NCBI GenBank assembly: GCA_029717555.1
Contig: JAMDHS010000032.1
Coordinates: 186,001 to 221,506 of the forward strand
DNA from: Peribolospora baueri
Taxonomy: Eukaryota
Direction of reading: 5' to 3'
DNA: 35,506 nt
The number at the start of each line of letters is the position of its first letter. Within the stretch, counting starts at the first letter, position 1. A program made the position numbers and the translations under genes. Positions 31,892-35,506 of the stretch are shown in pieces. A model generated the notes under the pieces. That model did no database searches. It worked only from the letters and a program-made list of their open reading frames with translations, and was not told the origin of the DNA.

Positions 31892-34003
31892 ATGCCCCCA
31901 CCCTCCAACCAGCGCGTAAGCTTTGCGCCGGCTCATGGCCCCTCGGGCTCTAACGGCTCCCTCTCCACCTCTCGCTCCGCCTTCGGCCCTGACCGACCAG
32001 AAAGCACGTTCGACTACTACTTCTACGACCCCGACGACCTCACCTCCTCGGATCCCCGCAGACGCAGCCTTGCCCGCAAGAGCCTCATGATGCAGAACAA
32101 GCGTAAAAGCATGCTTGCCGCCGCCAACGCCGAGTACGCCGGCGGCGCCGGTGGCCGCAAGGCCCAGGCCGCCTCTGGCCCACGGCCTCGTGACCGTAGG
32201 AGTATGGCCTTTACCAACACCACCAACGGCGGTGGGAACAGGGACAGCGCCGCCTTCGGCCTCGGCCTCGGCATGCTTGGCGGCGGCGAATCGGACGACG
32301 ACGATGACGCTTCCTCCTTCGTCTCTGATCCCACCGACGACAACGACGCCAGACGTCCTCCGCCTTCCTCTTCTTTACACGCGCCCCCGGATCGCGACCG
32401 CCCCGACAGCGTTCTGGTGCGCCAAATCGGCTCGCGACCGCCCGATAACGTGAGCCAGAACCCGCCATCGCTTAAGCTCGCCGGCCTAAAGAGCCTCGGC
32501 AGAGGTGGCGGCGGCTCCCCGTCACCGACCGGGCCCGCCGTCACCGTCGACGAGCCCTCGCCCACTAGGGGTCCCAGTGGCGAACGGGGCAGGAACACCA
32601 GCCCGTTCGCCGATCCGCCGTCCTACGGCAGTCCGCCTCGAGGTCCTAGAGGGTTTGACGACGCCGGCGCCGGTCCTCGCAGCCCTGTCGGTCCTCACAG
32701 CCCTCGCACCGCTGCTCTCCACTCGCAGCTCGGCCTCGGATCGGACGCCAACGGTTCTCCCCGCAACGGCCCTTATCCTCCTCCCTCTCCCGGTCCTCCC
32801 GGTACGCCGGCAAGCTGGAACCTGCCCAGCCCTTCGGCGCCCCAGGCCATCGTACCCGAACGACCGCTCGGAGGCGGCAAAGGGCCTCCCCCGTCGCGCC
32901 TGTCCCCCGAATCGGCAGCGCGCGGCAGGGAGGACAACAGCGAGGCGCCTGGAGGCTACCCTCCTCGCGGGCCTCCCGGCGGGCCGTCTCGCGGGCCGTC
33001 TGACAGGCCCATCCGAGCCCCTCCACCGGCGGCCTTGAGGATCCCTCCGGCCGGTCAGAACGCTCGCCCGGTGAATGGCCCTCCGTCGCCTTACGGCCCC
33101 CCGAATGGAGGACCCCCTTCACCTTATGGCCCCCCAGGCGGACCGGGTGGGCCAGGCGGTCGAGGGCCTTACCCTGGCAGCCCCGGCGGACGTCCGGGAG
33201 GAGGCCCGCCGGGTAGTCCGGGAGGTCCGGGAAGCCCGATGCCGGAACGCGTGCCTCGTCCGCCAAAGGCGGCGATGCTTGAACCACCCTGCGGACCCAA
33301 CGGCGAAAAGAAGTCTTTCTCCGATTCGCCCGGCCCGACGGAGCGGGCGAGGACGAACCCGAACCGGGCGAGCATGTTTTCGCTGTCGGGCAGACCGAGG
33401 AACGCGTGGAGGAAGAGCGTCGCTTGGTTGACTGGCAAAGGAGGAGGTGGCGTGCCTAGCCCTGGCATGATGGTGGGAGGGAGGGAACCCGAGCAGCCGC
33501 GCGAGAGGGGCCCAGGTGTGTTGAGGAGCGGGCAGGAGAAGGAGGACGACGAGTTTTGGAGGAGGTTCAGTATCGCGGGCCACGTTCAAGAGAGGGAAGC
33601 TGCTTCTGACAACCGTCGTAACTGGCTCCGGACAAACATGTCCAAGCAGAAAAAGCTGTCCATTGTCGGCTTTATCATCGGCTTTGTCATCATCATCATC
33701 GTCGTCGTCGTCTTGAGCTATCACTTCACCCACGAGACCAACACGTCGGATCAAGCGCCTGGCACGATCGGTGGGCCCAAGAAGGCCGCCGGCGAGAGGA
33801 GGACGGACGAGGACGCCCTCCTCGTCGCCGCACAACTTCCAACGCCTGCTCCGTCCGTGTCATCGTCGTCAGCCGGCGACGGCGACAGCGACAGGCTAGC
33901 GATCGAGCGCATCGTCGTCGCCGCTGCCGAACCTCCGATCGCGGCGCGCTCGTTGGTTTCGACGAGAGCGGGCCACCGACGTAGAGTTCCAAAGATGTTC
34001 TGA
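31892..34003 (+). CDS. 703-aa Pro/Gly-rich single-pass (probably type II) membrane protein
   Basis: Single long ORF preceded by a CT-rich leader. The hydrophobic segment LSIVGFIIGFVIIIIVVVVLSY is preceded by basic KQKK and by the motif DDEFWRRFS...NWLR. No N-terminal signal peptide is visible. Confidence 0.8.
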   Translation: MPPPSNQRVSFAPAHGPSGSNGSLSTSRSAFGPDRPESTFDYYFYDPDDLTSSDPRRRSLARKSLMMQNKRKSMLAAANAEYAGGAGGRKAQAASGPRPRDRRSMAFTNTTNGGGNRDSAAFGLGLGMLGGGESDDDDDASSFVSDPTDDNDARRPPPSSSLHAPPDRDRPDSVLVRQIGSRPPDNVSQNPPSLKLAGLKSLGRGGGGSPSPTGPAVTVDEPSPTRGPSGERGRNTSPFADPPSYGSPPRGPRGFDDAGAGPRSPVGPHSPRTAALHSQLGLGSDANGSPRNGPYPPPSPGPPGTPASWNLPSPSAPQAIVPERPLGGGKGPPPSRLSPESAARGREDNSEAPGGYPPRGPPGGPSRGPSDRPIRAPPPAALRIPPAGQNARPVNGPPSPYGPPNGGPPSPYGPPGGPGGPGGRGPYPGSPGGRPGGGPPGSPGGPGSPMPERVPRPPKAAMLEPPCGPNGEKKSFSDSPGPTERARTNPNRASMFSLSGRPRNAWRKSVAWLTGKGGGGVPSPGMMVGGREPEQPRERGPGVLRSGQEKEDDEFWRRFSIAGHVQEREAASDNRRNWLRTNMSKQKKLSIVGFIIGFVIIIIVVVVLSYHFTHETNTSDQAPGTIGGPKKAAGERRTDEDALLVAAQLPTPAPSVSSSSAGDGDSDRLAIERIVVAAAEPPIAARSLVSTRAGHRRRVPKMF

Positions 34004-34639
34004 GCCGTCGTCGCCCCCACGACGACGCTCGTCTTCGTCCTCGACCTCGTCTTGTCGCTCGCCATCGCTCCCGTTCCTCGCTTCCTCCCGCTTCTAGCTT
34101 CCGCTCGCCTGTCGGAACGTATACCACTCCTCCGCCAACCTACGTGCCCCGCTTTTGGTCGGTCGGCCGCCTTTCTCGGCCCCCCCCTTTCGTCGGCCCT
34201 TCGTTCCTTCCTTGCGCGCTCGAGGCGGCTCCCTCTTCGGATTTCGACTTCTATACCCGAGAAGGAGCGGTCGGGCGGGCGGATGGGGGGCTCAGCAAAA
34301 CAATACTCTCTTCTTTCCAAGCCAAGCCAAGCCGACCGGGTGTTGGAGCGGCCTTCTCCTTTCGCTTACTTCCTCCTTCGTCGCACCCTTCTTCTTTCCC
34401 ATCTTGCTGCCGACGCCTCTCGCTCGCTCGTCGGAGTCGGGCGCCCCCTTCCGTCTCGTCTTTTCTTCCCCTCATCTCTCCGCCCGCCCGTCCGTCCGTC
34501 CTTCCTCGCTCGCTCGCTCCCTTCTTGTGCCTTCTTGTGCCCCCACCCTTTCTTCCTTTGTCGCGTACATCATCGATCGACCATCGAGTCGAATCATCAT
34601 CACCATCGGATCATCTAAGGTTTAGGTAGCTAGTGAAAC

Positions 34640-34667
34640 CAGTCAGCCAGTCAGTCAGTAGTCAGTC
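34640..34667. repeat. Imperfect (CAGT)n microsatellite
   Basis: cagtcagccagtcagtcagtagtcagtc read directly. Confidence 0.7.
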
Positions 34668-35312
34668 GGGCCGGAGCCGTTCGTTCGTTTCTTGCCAGAG
34701 CCCATCGTCGTCATCGTCGTCGTACCCGTTTGTTGTTTCTTCCTCTCTGCCTCGTTCGTAGGTCGGCTTGGCTTGGCTTGTAACGCCGCCCCGCCCGGCT
34801 GTGCTGTTTTCGTTTGCCTTGACTGGAATGGAAACGTTGAGATGGATGAGAAGGGACGAGAGGAGTGGGACTGGAAGGAGAGGCTGAGTGCGCGCATGTT
34901 CCGAGCCGTGACCAAAGACAACCAAAGCCACTCGAGCGAAGAAGGGGGACACACTGCGAGCGGGCCGCGGGGCGCTTGTACGTCTCTCCATCTGTCTATC
35001 CTTCTATCCATCCGTCTATCTATCTATCGGACTGCGCTCGGAGCCCCGAAGTGTCCCTCGTATGGGGTGGGGTGTGGCCCACGACGGTCGTGCGACGACG
35101 ACGGCGACCACCACCACTACCACCACCACCGACGGACGGACATACACGACGAGCAAGCGAGCGGGCCAGGCGGGGCACCCCGCACACACATACATACATA
35201 CACACGTACATACATGCATGTGCACGTCGAACGCTTCGATTCTTCTCGGTCAATCAGTCAGTCAGTCCATCCGTCGGTTCACATTCCGTCTCTGTGGCGG
35301 TGCCAGGGGGGC

Positions 35313-35335
35313 AGGTAAGGTAAGGTAAGGTAAGG
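35313..35335. repeat. (AGGTA)n pentanucleotide microsatellite
   Basis: aggtaaggtaaggtaaggtaagg read directly. Confidence 0.85.
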
Positions 35336-35506
35336 AAAGTAGTAAGGAAGATAGTAAAGAAGGTGAAGAAAGCATGGAGAGGGTACGAGATAGGCCTCGG
35401 GCACCCCTCCCTGACCGCGCCCGACCGACCGCGACCGACGGACGGACGCGACGGGACGCGGGCCAAAGCAAGCCAACGAACGAACGAACGACGAACGGGA
35501 AAAAAA

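Noticed and set aside
28742..31919. ORFs of 130-303 aa in the divergent spacer (e.g. 28742..29653 -, 31263..31919 +)
   Set aside because: They translate CT/GA-rich leader and microsatellite sequence, and show no domain-like composition or supporting splice structure.
35313..35335. (AGGTA)n as a telomeric repeat or stacked splice donors
   Set aside because: Only about four units, not TTAGGG, and no upstream exon could be built; treated as a microsatellite.

Overview
Eukaryotic, intron-rich, GC-rich fungal genomic DNA, most likely a basidiomycete (inferred from GTGAGT/GTGCGT/GTAAGT donors, CTGAC/CTAAC branch points, short introns and protein similarity recalled from memory, not from a database search). 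Ten protein-coding genes can be built by hand, left to right: (1) a probably 5'-truncated low-complexity protein (+); (2) EIF1AD-like S1/OB-fold protein (-); (3) a ~1529-aa Ser/Pro-rich protein with a C-terminal CUE-like domain (+); (4) the meiotic RING E3 ligase HEI10/CCNB1IP1 (-, about 14 exons); (5) a putative Saw1/SLX4IP-like protein (+), head-to-head with HEI10; (6) APD1-type [2Fe-2S] thioredoxin-like ferredoxin (+); (7) a CASTOR/ACT-domain protein (-); (8) a PP2A catalytic subunit (-); (9) a ~1951-aa coiled-coil protein with a GM130-like N-terminal basic motif (-); (10) a Pro/Gly-rich single-pass membrane protein (+). I found no tRNA, rRNA, CRISPR array or recognisable transposon. The most unusual elements are a sharply bounded ~220-bp AT-rich island (18624-18845) with a palindrome and a repeated motif, the divergent HEI10/Saw1-like pair (each gene needs one GC-AG intron), and an in-frame intron that splits the GM130-like motif. 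Nothing here proves a new biological system; these are testable leads.
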